DNA from: an uncultured Planctomycetota bacterium
GTDB taxonomy: Bacteria > Planctomycetota > Planctomycetia > Pirellulales > Pirellulaceae
Direction: 5' to 3'
Assembly (NCBI GenBank): GCA_963700515.1
Contig: CAVOXY010000056.1
Coordinates: 11,198 to 75,197, forward strand
Length of the DNA: 64,000 nt
Shown here: positions 11,700-22,600 of the stretch, piece by piece
How the letters are laid out: each line of letters begins with the position of its first letter
Numbering within the stretch: position 1 is the first letter of the stretch
Position numbers and translations under genes: made by a program
The notes under the pieces: model-generated
Database searches by the model: none
The model's input: only the letters and a program-made list of their open reading frames with translations
What the model was told of the DNA's origin: nothing

Positions 11700-11950
11700 C
11701 CAACCGGTCGCACGAATAGCGCGGCCCGTTGGGCCTCGGTCTTTAATGGGAACGCACCCAGGCCTCGCTTGCTACGGCCTGGGCTGGCATCGCGGCCCCT
11801 TGGGCCGGAACGCGACTTCAGCTCGCGCAGGCCTGGGCGGCATGCGGCCCCTTGGGCGGGATCCACGTTCTCGCAGGCCTGCGCATATCGGCTGCGGCAC
11901 GGGGCCTGGTTGGGCGGCCATTGGCCGTCGGTGAGCACTGCGTGCAAACA
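11700..11950. repeat. Cluster of REP family-1-like palindromic units
   Basis: CCTGGGCTGGCATCGCGGCCCCTTGGGCCGG and GCGCAGGCCTGGGCGGCATGCGGCCCCTTGGGCGGG closely resemble units of the 26-29 kb arrays (CTGGGCTGGCATAGCGCGCCCCGTTGGGGCGG; GCGCAGGCCTGGGCAAACCGG). Confidence 0.7.
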
Positions 11951-11972
11951 TGGCACGAGGTGCAGTGGCACA

Positions 11973-14256
11973 CTACGCCAGAGCATGCTCTTCGTGGTTA
12001 AGGTTGCGGGACATGTAGTAGGCTTCCTGACGAGCCGTCACGACCGTTCCCAGCATGCGAACGTTGAACGACTCGAGGATGTCGGTCGCGCGGCGGACCA
12101 GCGACAGGCGGCTGACGTCACGCAGTATGCAGCAGATGGCACCGTCCACGTAACGGCTCACCACGCGGGCGTCGGCCACCGGAACCAGCGGACTGCTGTC
12201 GATGATCACGTAATCAAACGATCCACGCAGTTCGTGGATCAGTGCGGGCAACTCGTGTGAGTTCATGGCCCGGGCACTCGACGCATCGGCCACACCGGCC
12301 GGCATCACGTAAAGATTGGGAAGGACGGTGTCGTTGACGATATCGGCAATGCCGCATCCGCCCCGCAACACGTCACAGATCCCCGGCTCGAGCCCCAAAT
12401 TAAAGACGCTACTGACCGAGGGACGCGGCAGATCGAAGTCGACCAGTGCCGTCCGCTTGCCGGCGCGGGCCAGGCTCATCGCCAGTTGCGTGGCCACGGT
12501 GGTCTTGCCTTCGCCACCCACGGCACTGGTGACCATCACGACCCGCACGTCATCCACTCGCAGCAGGTTGGCCCGGATCCCGGCGATCGATTCGCTCAGC
12601 AACGCCTGCCACCACCGGCTGCGCTCGCTGTGGCCACCCAGCTGCCGCGTGACTCGCGACGGCAGAATCGGTACCGAACCCATCATCGGCAGTCCCAAGC
12701 GTTCCGTCACTTCATCCGCCGTATTGACGCGCTGCGACCGGACATCCCACCACAACAAACCAACGCAGGGAAGCACGAAAGCAAACAGACCCGATGCTGC
12801 CGTGGTTAGCAGGCGACCAGGCTGATTGGCAGTCAGCGGTATCTGGGCGGGTGAAATCAACTCCAATCGCTCGATCCCTTCCAACTCGATCTCGGTGAGA
12901 CTGATCTCCGCCGAGACTTCGTCAATGGACTTGTCCAAACGTTCGATGTCTTTCTGCTGGATATCAATCGAATAGGACTTCTTCCCAATCAACTCCACGT
13001 CTTTCGCGTAGATTTGAGCATTGCTTTCCAGGTCAGCTACCAGTTCACCCAGGGCTGAGACTAGTGCGGACTTCTCCTGCAACTCCGCTTCCAGCTCCTT
13101 GCGCCGTTCAATTTTCCATTTCATGGCGATATTCGCCTCCAGAGCCTGACGTTGTAATTTCAGATCCTGGATGCGAATCTGCACTTGCCCCAGGCCCGCC
13201 AGATTCGGCCCGCCGGGTTTATTGGACATTTCCCCCGCTGATTCGACGGCACGCGAAAAGAGCATTCAGCTCTTCCGTGATCAGTCGCCCTTCCGGATCC
13301 ATGGCCAATTCGACTTCCAGCTCATCGGCAGGTATTGCCAGGGAATCCAGATTCTTGGCCCGTTCCTCCAAAACTTTCAGATCCGCTGCAGCTCGCTTGT
13401 ATTCAACGCTCGTCTTCAGAAACTCACGCTTCAGCTGTTGAGCCTGTTCCATCTTCATCTGTGTCTGCAGGGACAGAGCATCGCGTTCGATCGTGCCCAG
13501 TTGCTCGGCCATCGTTTCCAGCGAGGAGCGTTTCTTCCGCTCGCTGTCCGTCAAGCCGGCGAGAATACTCCTGAGACTCTTTAACTTCTCATCCATCTTG
13601 CCCTTGTCTCTCTCCACAACCTCTTCCATGTACGACTGGACGACGGCATTTACCAGGATGCTCGCATCCTTCGGATTCGGCGCGGTGAGGCTGACAATCA
13701 ACACTTCCGAATCCTTGGGATTGGAGACCTTCAATTCATCGGCCAGCCAGCGTTCCTGATCTGGTTCCTGCCTCACAATCTCCAGCTCCTTCACTTCATC
13801 CTTCCGCAGTGCCGAGGCAAGCGTCCTGCGGGCTTGAATCAACTGCTTCACGTTGCTGATGAACGTCTCGAACTTCTCGGACTGCTGGGGCTTCCCGTCG
13901 TTGATCAGTTGCTGGGGTCGCGAATAGGCTCGCAGTTCCGCGAAGGCGGTGTACCGGTCCGGGACCAGGAAGAAGACCGTGATGCCGGCTCCCACGGCAA
14001 AAGCGGTTCCCAACAGCAGGCACCAGAACCAGTTGCGACGCAAGGCATGCAAGTAGCGGTCCAAGCCGCTCGCACCTGGCGCGGCCTGTTCCATGCCCAT
14101 CATCCCGTCACCGCCGACGATCATCGCCGTGGGGCGTTGATGACTGTGAGCGATCACACCAGCCTGTGGAATATTCTGCTGATCGTCGTTGCAAATCATG
14201 TGAGAATTCCCTTGTTCATTTCGTGCCATGTGGGAAACGTGGCTCCGGAAAGTCAT
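11973..14256 (-). pseudogene. Polysaccharide co-polymerase / tyrosine autokinase (Wzc/GumC/EpsG-like), one frameshift as read
   Basis: ORF 13219..14256 has a Wzz-like N-terminus with a TM helix and coiled coil. ORF 11973..13265 has a second TM helix and a P-loop ATPase (VTSAVGGEGKTTVATQLAMSLARAG, Walker B FDYVIIDSSPL). The junction ...ITEELNALF / SRAVESAG lies at 13219-13265. Confidence 0.8.
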
Positions 14257-14300
14257 ATCAGTTCAAACGAGTGAGGAACAAAGAAAAAGTAACGCCGAGA

Positions 14301-15202
14301 CTACTTGCTCGCCAAGACACCGGCCAGGGTTGGGCCCTCGGGCGGCTCAGTCGTGAGCCGAGACAAGATGACGATCTCCAACCAGAGTAATCCGACGGCC
14401 ATCGGCATCATCAGCAGTCCGGCCACATCGTGAAAAACCTTCTCGGCGACTTCCTGGCCGAAATACTCGTAGCAGATGCCCGTCACGGTGATCCGAATGA
14501 TGTTGGTCAACAACGCGATGGGCACGGCACTGGCCAGTATAACAAGTCGCTCCCAGACCGGGCGATTCAAAATAAAGGCCAAAGCGAAAGTTAACGCCGC
14601 GCTGGTCATCAGCATCCGCAGGCCGCTGCAGGCCTCAGCTACCCCAATCGGGTAGTCACTGAGCTGGATCACATTCCCCTCGGCCACGGCCGGCAGGCCG
14701 AGCGTCTGCAGTATGTACGTACTGGCCCGCGTGCCGATCTTCTGCAGCGGAATCCGCGCCATGGTCTCGAGGGCCACTGGCAACGGAATCATGAATACCA
14801 GGAACAGGATCGCCGGCCAGCTCCAACGCATGAGCGGCCAGCCGCCCAGCATCAGGACAATGCCCGCCACGCAGGGGATCAGGGCAAAGGCAATGATCAA
14901 GTTGAAGCCCAAAACGCCCGGCACCCAGGTACATTAGTGCGCTGAGCAAGAATGAGCACGCCCCCCCACACGGAGCCTCGCAGCGCACCGCTGGGGTACT
15001 TTTCGCGGCGCACCCACAGCAGAACGCAGGCGAACACGGGCACCAAGTAACCGTGTGAATAGTCGGGCTTGTCCCAATGCCTGATCAAGACCCGAATTGA
15101 GGACCAATAGACAACACCCAACACAGCGACGATCGCGACGATCGCCGCGATGGCTGCGTACTGCAAATGGGCTCTCTCTACCTGCTTCTCTGTTTTTTTC
15201 AT
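14301..15202 (-). pseudogene. Exosortase (Xrt family) transpeptidase, one frameshift as read
   Basis: ORF 14897..15226 has WDKPDYSHGYLVPVFACVLLW (exosortase N-terminal motif). ORF 14301..14924 carries catalytic-type motifs: AEACSGLRM (Cys), NIIRITVTG (Arg) and FHDVAGLL (His). The ATG at 15202 is preferred over the tracked TTG at 15226. Confidence 0.8.
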
Positions 15203-15630
15203 GAACAACGCCCGATGCTGATTCAACAGGCTGTGATGCTAGATTCCCGACCGGGTAGGGTGCGGCGGAATGAGCGAAGAAAACGGCGAAACTCAGCAGC
15301 CGCCCCGGCACCCTCGGGGTAGACTCCGTCCTCTTGGGCTGCAATAGAAAAGTGAGTGCCGCATCTCCACCCAGCATAACCAGGGTTGCGTTTCTGTCAA
15401 CGGTTTGGCCCCTCGCCGGGCGGCGGAAAGTCCGTATTTCGTAAGGGTTAAGGGCCACGCTGCAGTCGCGCTGTCGCACCGGAAATTCGGATTCTCGGGG
15501 TAAGTGGGGGATTGGGTGAAATCGGGCCCGCGAAATACCGCAACTTTAGGGGGTGTGCAAGCGGAAAACAAAAAATCTTCCATGCGATGACACCCACACG
15601 TCCGGCAGACTTCGGGCCGCTGAGGAAATT

Positions 15631-15668
15631 GTAGATATTGCCACACTTGGTAGATATTGCCACACTTG
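15631..15668 (+). promoter_or_regulatory. Perfect tandem duplication of a 19-mer (GTAGATATTGCCACACTTG x2) in the divergent exosortase/sigma intergenic region
   Basis: Read directly: copy 1 is 15631-15649 and copy 2 is 15650-15668, head to tail. A regulatory role is inferred only from position. Confidence 0.4.
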
Positions 15669-16214
15669 GGAACGGGGCGGGAAGGTGGCACGGCCCACTT
15701 TGAAACACAGGAAGTTGCCCTACGACGATCTTTTGCCTCGCTATCTGAGAGCCGTCGGCGGGCCACCCGCAGCCTGGCTGCGGGTCCGGAACGGGCACAC
15801 GCAGTTGAAGTGAACAAACCGCTTGCAAAACCCACACGATTGGTTTAGGCTGTCTTTTGTAGACGTGACGTTTGGTGGGAGCAGCTTAGGTCTCTCGAGA
15901 CCTTTCTGTAGCTCGACGGAGTTTTGTGTTTGCTGGTCGAGGGCTGCGCCCAGGGGAACGGAGTTTGCGCTGTAGCGACCGTTTCCCACGACGCTGCACG
16001 TCTTTTCTCTTTCGCTGGTAGTCGCTAACTGCCACCGCATTTCACTACCGCTTCGGGTCCTCTGACGGTTCTTTGACGCGTCGTAAACAGCAAATTGATT
16101 CTCCCGTACCCCCGACCGGGACCAACGGCAAAGCTGCGTCGCCACCGGAGGCGGCGAAACGCCACGGCAAAGGATCGAAGAAAAACGGCCACCCGAAGCC
16201 GGATAAGGTGAACG

Positions 16215-16856
16215 GTGAGCACAGTACCCGGCAACACCATTCACAGCGACACCATTCGCAGCAACAAAGTGCCGGGCGAGAACGGCGCCAGTGAGTTGAG
16301 CGAACAGGATCAAGCACGACAAGATCAAGTGAACCTGGTCGAGCGGTGCCGCGATGGAGACGAATCGGCCTGGGCAGAGATACACGGTCAGTGCCAAACG
16401 TATGTCCTCAGACAGATCCGGTACATGCTGCGCGATCGAGGCCGAGATGCCAATCTGGTTGAAGAAATAGCCGCGCGGGTCTGGTTTGGACTCATCTCGC
16501 ACGACGGGCACTTGTTGCATCGATTCCAGCCGCATGACGGGAAGGGACTCGAGAAATACCTGGCCGCAATGGCCCGGTACGAAGTGCTACGCCATCTGCG
16601 GGGCGAGTTCCGCCGCAAGCGACGAGAACATGAAACGCGCGTGATGAGAACGGGAGATCGGGACGACCGCTTGCTGACCGAAATGACCATGGACGTCAAC
16701 GAGTTCCTGCCGCAACTCACGCCACGCGAACGCGAATTCTTCCACCATGTCTTGCTCGGTAACAACGGTCATCATTTACGAATCTCGGCACCCAACGCCT
16801 GGCAATTGAAACATCGCATCCGCAAAAAGCTGCTGGAGTTCTTGGAAATGGCTTAG
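16215..16856 (+). CDS. Sigma-70 family (ECF-like) RNA polymerase sigma factor
   Basis: Region-2-like VNLVERCRDGDESAWAEIHGQCQTYVLRQIRYML...LEKYLAAMARYEVLRHLR and region-4-like LTPREREFFHHVLLG...AWQLKHRIRKKLLEFL. A Lys-rich ORF 16073..16294 in another frame may be a frameshifted N-terminal extension, so the start is uncertain. Confidence 0.6.
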   Translation: MSTVPGNTIHSDTIRSNKVPGENGASELSEQDQARQDQVNLVERCRDGDESAWAEIHGQCQTYVLRQIRYMLRDRGRDANLVEEIAARVWFGLISHDGHLLHRFQPHDGKGLEKYLAAMARYEVLRHLRGEFRRKRREHETRVMRTGDRDDRLLTEMTMDVNEFLPQLTPREREFFHHVLLGNNGHHLRISAPNAWQLKHRIRKKLLEFLEMA

Positions 16857-16974
16857 TGCTGGATGGCCCCATGCGGCTTACGTCGGTCTTGGGGCGGACT
16901 GGATTTTTCAGGCAGTGGTTGTGAAACCACTGCCTTTTTTTGTGCGTCCATCGGTCACCTCCGTGACTCCCGGG

Positions 16975-17085
16975 GAAGTGGTGAGCGGGGGTTTGCTTCC
17001 ACACTGGCTCCGCTCGCGGTTGGGGGTTCTGAGGTTGGTTGGGTGTGGGACGCTCGCTCAGCCAGTGCCACCCAATGCCAGAATC
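16975..17085. repeat. Copy of a palindrome-rich dispersed repeat (family C, also at 63060-63470)
   Basis: GAGCGGGGGTTTGCTTCCACACTGGCTCCGCTCGCG ... GACGCTCGCTCAGCCAGTGCCACC matches 63203-63295 (GAGCGGGGGTTTGCTTCAGCACTGGCTCCGCTCGCG ... GACGCTCGCTCAGCCAGTGGCACC). Confidence 0.75.
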
Positions 17086-17345
17086 TTCTTGAGTCTTCTC
17101 TGAGGCTTTAAGTTCCGAGACCGCAACAGGTTGGGGGAGATTATGTCGAGAGGAAGTGACGTGGTTTCGCAGAATTGCTAGTGCAGAAAAAAGCCGTTCC
17201 GCACATGATTGGCGTCAACAAACCCGCCAAGTCATGGAGGAACGGCTAATGGCTAAGCTTAGCAGGGAAGCGTAGTGAGCGTCGCCAGCGAGGGCGAGCC
17301 AGAACAGTTGCCGAATCGATACGCGATTTTGTCACACCGACGGTA

Positions 17346-18626
17346 TTGAGGCAAGTGCGAAAAGCAACGAACCGAAGAAGGAAGCCGCGTTGGGACCTGT
17401 ATCCACTGGTCCATGTGTTGCTTGTGATGACTTGGTGCTGCGGAGACTCCTTGCCGGAAAAGTTTGAGGTTGCTCGCGGATTCTACGTGGTCTGCTGCCC
17501 GAAACGTAAACGTCCTGGCAAATCGTTTCAGGGATTCGAGAAAGCCGTACGGAAGCTCCCTATGCCCGTGTTGCGCACGCTGGCTGGGGGGATTCGAGGT
17601 CGGATTGAAGTGTTGTTTGGAGACCGACTACGGTTTGGTGACTTCATTCCACTGGGCTGCGATGGAACCAAACATGAATGTCCTCGTAGCGAAGAGTTGG
17701 AAGAACGGTTGGGCACATCCTGCAAGCAAAAAGGTTCCGGTGAGAAGAACTCGGCTCCGATGATTTGGAATACTTCGATCGTACATTTGACACTGGGCAT
17801 CCCTTGGTGTTGGCGATGGGGAAAGGCCAAGAAGGCCAGTGAGCGGAATCATTTGATACAAATGTTGCCATTGTTGCCGCGTTTGGCGTTGATCGTGACC
17901 GATGCGGGGTATGTAGGTTACGACGTCATACGAACGCTTCTGGAAAGGAAAGTGTTCTTCTTGATGCGCATGTCGTCGCAGGCGACGTTCTATACGGAAA
18001 GCAACGAGCCGCTGGAGAGTTTTGAAGAAGGGATCGCTTACTACTGGCCGAAAAAACATCGCGAAAAAGGCTGCCCTCCACTTCGTGGCCGGCTCATATG
18101 TGTACGAAGTAAGAGGCGCAAAATAGATGTTTGGTTGTTTAGCAACGTGGAGGATCAGAAACAACTGCCGATCGCTCTGGTGTCGAAATTGTATCGTCTC
18201 CGGTGGGAAAGCGAAGGCTTCTTCCGCACGTACAAGCGGACGATGAAGAAAGTCAAGTTGATGAGCCGCACGGTGCGATCGGTTCATCGTGAAGCAGAAG
18301 CGTCGATGATCGCCACACAAATCTTGCTCTGCCAAGGAGCATTGGCTATGCCCACTCCTTCGTCCAAAGAGAGTCTGCCCGTAACGTGCAGCCCACGAAA
18401 AGTTCTGCTTGAAATCCGTCGCGAAATAACGGGACAGAAACCGAATGGCCAACCCTTCGGTGAACGACTTGCCAAACACCAACGCGATCGAAGGGACCGG
18501 AAAACGGCGAAAGAGAAACGCAAGTGGCCGCGCCGCAAGGCACACAAACCACCTAAGTCACCGATTCTCCTGAAGATAACCACCGACCTTAAAGCTGAAA
18601 TGGAACAGTACTTACATGCAGCCTAG
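17346..18626 (+). CDS. IS4-family DDE transposase
   Basis: 426-aa ORF (tracked TTG start; true start uncertain). LIVTDAGYVGYDVIRTLL and LYRLRWESEGFFRTYKRTMK are DDE_Tnp_1/IS4-type blocks. I could not identify terminal inverted repeats by eye. Confidence 0.75.
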   Translation: MRQVRKATNRRRKPRWDLYPLVHVLLVMTWCCGDSLPEKFEVARGFYVVCCPKRKRPGKSFQGFEKAVRKLPMPVLRTLAGGIRGRIEVLFGDRLRFGDFIPLGCDGTKHECPRSEELEERLGTSCKQKGSGEKNSAPMIWNTSIVHLTLGIPWCWRWGKAKKASERNHLIQMLPLLPRLALIVTDAGYVGYDVIRTLLERKVFFLMRMSSQATFYTESNEPLESFEEGIAYYWPKKHREKGCPPLRGRLICVRSKRRKIDVWLFSNVEDQKQLPIALVSKLYRLRWESEGFFRTYKRTMKKVKLMSRTVRSVHREAEASMIATQILLCQGALAMPTPSSKESLPVTCSPRKVLLEIRREITGQKPNGQPFGERLAKHQRDRRDRKTAKEKRKWPRRKAHKPPKSPILLKITTDLKAEMEQYLHAA

Positions 18627-18905
18627 AAGTGCAAAACGAGGACGTCATTGAGTGCCACCCCGACGACCGGAACCTGGCACCCTCTGGAGGGGAGCCTCTC
18701 GTTGAAAGGCGTGGCAGATCGGAATAAACTGCCAAGCTGTTGCATATTACCTGATCCGACCTTAAACTGCGCTTGTCTTGTACTCGGTTTTCTGATGCAC
18801 CCGATTGGCCGCTTTCAGCGGGCGAGCACACTTGGACCGGAAACGTTGGTTGACGGCAGTACGCTCGGCTGGCGGCTCATTGATCGACACCAATTCTGAG
18901 GAACG

Positions 18906-19559
18906 ATGTTCATGAAAAAGGCGCTATTGGCCGGCCTAGTGGCTTGCTTCTTGATGGTCACTCCGGTGTCGCGCGAATATATGGACGTGTTTGCCGGGGA
19001 CCATGACGTCTGGGAGCAGACGCCTGATCAGAAGTTCTACATTGTCGTGCAGGGTGATGGAAACGTCGAAGGCGTGCTCTTGCAGATGCAGATTGGCAAT
19101 GGCGATAACGGGGTAGTACCCATGATCACCAATGTCGATCTGTTTGGATCCGGTTTCCTGTTTGCTACGAATAATAACGCGGACTACGGCGGGGGTAGTG
19201 GTGTACTGTACGGCAAAGGGGGTTACTGGGAATCCCAAACAGATGTCGCCTCCGGCACCGTGACACCTGGTGGAAACAAAGTGGTACTTGCTGAAGTTAC
19301 CATCGATACGACGGGCTTTGGCCCGGGAACGTATGATTTCTATCTCAACGGCTTGGCCGGAGACGGGACGAGGATCGTCACCAATTTCGGCGGTTGGGAA
19401 GGTGTGCCGGGTAACGACTTGACCGTGTCCAACGGCACGATCACTGTGAACGCGATACCCGAACCAGCCTCCTTGGCTCTGTTCGGCTGCGGGGCACTAG
19501 GGCTGGGATTGCTCACGCTCGCTCGTCGCCGCCGCAATCGTCAGCCTGTCGGCCAGTAG
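18906..19559 (+). CDS. PEP-CTERM sorting-domain secreted protein (putative exosortase substrate)
   Basis: N-terminal signal peptide (MKKALLAGLVACFLMV). The C-terminus IPEPASLALFGCGALGLGLLTLARRRRNR has a PEP motif, a TM helix and an Arg cluster. Confidence 0.85.
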   Translation: MFMKKALLAGLVACFLMVTPVSREYMDVFAGDHDVWEQTPDQKFYIVVQGDGNVEGVLLQMQIGNGDNGVVPMITNVDLFGSGFLFATNNNADYGGGSGVLYGKGGYWESQTDVASGTVTPGGNKVVLAEVTIDTTGFGPGTYDFYLNGLAGDGTRIVTNFGGWEGVPGNDLTVSNGTITVNAIPEPASLALFGCGALGLGLLTLARRRRNRQPVGQ

Positions 19560-19670
19560 CCACCGCCAGGCTACCGGCAGGCAATACCGTTTCGAACACG
19601 CTACGTGTGGGGGAGGACTGGAGGACTGGGGATTGAACATCCCTCACTCCCCCACTCCACCACTCCCTCC

Positions 19671-22600
19671 CTAACCCGGCGGCGCCAGAATCAGCTTCAA
19701 GGAGTCAAAGCGGCCGGTAGGATTATGGCGTGCAATCAAAACATCCGTGACATTGACCTGCGAGTCACGATTGAAATCGTACTCATCAAAGATTGTCGCG
19801 GGATTGAATCGTCCGTGGACGTTGTCGCGTGCGCCGAGCACATCCATGACATTCACCCAGGCATCGTCGCTGGAACCTCCTGATTCCCCGATCGCATTGC
19901 CCCAGTAGTGAACGTCTCGCAGCGCGAGTCCGGTGTTCAGATTGGCCTTGACGGTCACCTGCAACCACTGCTTGGTAATCGTCTGGTCGGGCCAAGTGAT
20001 GGTAATTCGATCGGAACCGCCGAGGCCCGCTCCCACCCGCACCGAGACCTGTGCCGCCGCCGCGACCAGGTCCCAAGTGGATGGTGTATTGACTGTTGCC
20101 TACCCGGAACTCGAAGTCGGCGGCCGTGATCGCTTCCGGGCGAGCCAGTCCGACCATGTCGATCATGATACCGTTGATCCCCGCAGCGTAGCTCGTGTAA
20201 TTCTCGAAAAGTGGCTTGCTGGCCGGGCAACAACGGCGTCTTGCCGAAAGCCGGATCCTGCCCCAGGGCGGTCAGCTCGTCCGGGGTGGGAGCCACCGCT
20301 GCATCATCCGTATCGCCAGGGCTAATATCGTAGCCATCGAACGTCGACCCGTTGTAGAAGATCCGCCGGTCCACCACCGCCGTGGCCGTTTCCCGAATCA
20401 CCACCAATTCCTGCAGCGCGAAGGCCTCCAGGTACTCATTGTCGATCGTATCGATGATGTGCGAGATATAGGCTTCGTGCCTGCCTTCCTCGATCCCGTC
20501 GTCGACGGCCGTCACCAGCACCGTCTGCGGCACGCTCCAGTTGGCCGAGGTAAAGGTCAGGAAGTGATCCTGCGGATTGGCCGCGTTGACAGCGGTCAGC
20601 TGGCCCTGCGCGTGGTCCAAGTAGAATCGTCACGTTCTGAGTGGGCGGAGTAGGTCAGAGACCACCTGATACGTGTCGGTCGCTGCCGCCTTCCACCACC
20701 TCGGTCGCGCCATCGCTGGGGATAATCATCACACCGGCGATAGTCGTTGTCGATGATGTTGACGATCACCCGCGGCATACCGACACCTTGATAGGCCGGA
20801 TCGGCACTGGAACTGACGTGCCGGACCGAGCTGCGATGAAAATTCTCGACGGTGCCGTCGTCGATCGCCGACACCAGCACCGTCTGCGGGATGTACCAGT
20901 TGGCTGGCGTGAATACCAGGATACCCGTGGCTCGGATTCGCCGCGTCGACGGCGGTCAGTTGGTTGGGGGCGGTACCGCAGAATCGACATCCAACGTGAT
21001 GGTCACGTTCTCGGTTGGCGGCTGCGTGAGCACGATCTCGTACGTGTCGTCGATCCCCGTCTCGCTGACCGTCGTCGCTCCACCGGTCTCGATGATCCTC
21101 GCCCCGGGGCCCATCGGATCGATCAGCTGGTCGACCTCCGGATTCAGGTCGAAGTAAATCACTCCCGTGCCGTCGGTCCCCATGTTGCGAAAATCCAGCT
21201 GGGCCTGCATGATGTAGCCGGATTGCCCGTCCACGGCAAACGCTTCGATCCAGCCGCTGGTCATCAGGTCGAAGCCGAGCACTCCGTCGATCCGTCGACG
21301 ATGTCGAGTACCAGCCACTGCAGGTCGGTCCACACCAGGTCCACACCCTGCTGCGTCGGCACGCGGACTTCGTCAAACAGGAAGACCGGCGCATCGACTG
21401 GTCCCGCCGATGCCCCCGACCGTCTCGTAGCGGGCAAAGTTGGCGTCATTCTCGTCCAGCACGCCATCGTCGTTGGAATCCAAGCCGATGTCCTTCGCCA
21501 GCTTGCGTCGACATGACGCTCAGCTGGGCACCGCTGTCGTAGATGAAGTCGCCGCTGGCAGCCACTCCGTTGTGCACGGGAATGACCGTCAGGAACGGGC
21601 ACGTCACCCCACATGGGCGGATCGTCGCCTTCGATCACCTGCTCGTCGGGACTGAAGGTCATCCGCGTATCGACCGGCACACCGTAGCGATGACCGTCGC
21701 CCGACCGGCACCTCGTCCGCGAAATTCACTCTCATCAGCAGCTCGCCAAAAATATCGACGTACGTCCACACGGTGAAGTCGAATGTCGTGACGCGGCCTT
21801 CCATGGCAGGCATTCCGACTATGCCATAGGGACCAAAGATGCTGATGTCGTCGTTCGGATCCGAGATGATTCGCCCGTCGAGCAACGTGTGGCGCTCGCC
21901 GTCGTTGCCGGCGAAATCGAAGCGGTAGGCAGCCGAGATATCGAACGTGTGCGCACCGGCCACGCCGTATTCCACGAACCTCCCATCGGTCTGATACACG
22001 TACGGCGGCTGACGCATATCGTCGACCGCCGACGCGAACGCGATCGTCGTGTTGGCTCCCGTATCTAACAGCCAGGTGTTGAGATACGTCGGCCCCACGC
22101 TCCGCGTCCCGGCGGCATCCTCCAGCAGCTCAACCGCCACACGCGGCTGGTCCCAGGCCACGTTGTCCGACGTACCCAGATCGACATAGGGAGTCGTTGC
22201 CAGTGACCAATCGTTGTCCTCGATGAACGTCTGCATGGGCTCAATCTTGAGGTTGCTGTAGCTCAGATCCGCACTCGACGAGGAGTGCGAGATCTGGGCA
22301 AAACGCGGGCCTTCGACCAGGGTATCGTCCACGGCCTGTACCACCACTTGCTGGGGTACATCCCAATTGTCGGCCGTGAAGACCAGCTGTGGTGGCGTCA
22401 CGATCAGCTGGCTGCCAGCATCAATATTCACCGTCACCGATTTGGACGGAGCCCTGCTCAGAACCACGTTGTAAAGGTCCGTCGCTCCCCCTCGAAAACC
22501 GCCGTCCCCCCGTCAGTGGGCGTGATCACCACTTCGCTTCCAAACAGTATGGAGTTGATGAAATCGAGGTACGCTTGCACCACCATCCCACCACCGCCCG

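Noticed and set aside
17100-18905. Attempt to define the IS element ends (terminal inverted repeats / target duplication) around the IS4-type transposase
   Set aside because: Only a weak similarity in direct orientation (CCGCAACAGGTTGG versus CCGGAAACGTTGG) was found. No convincing inverted termini were seen, so no mobile_element span is reported.
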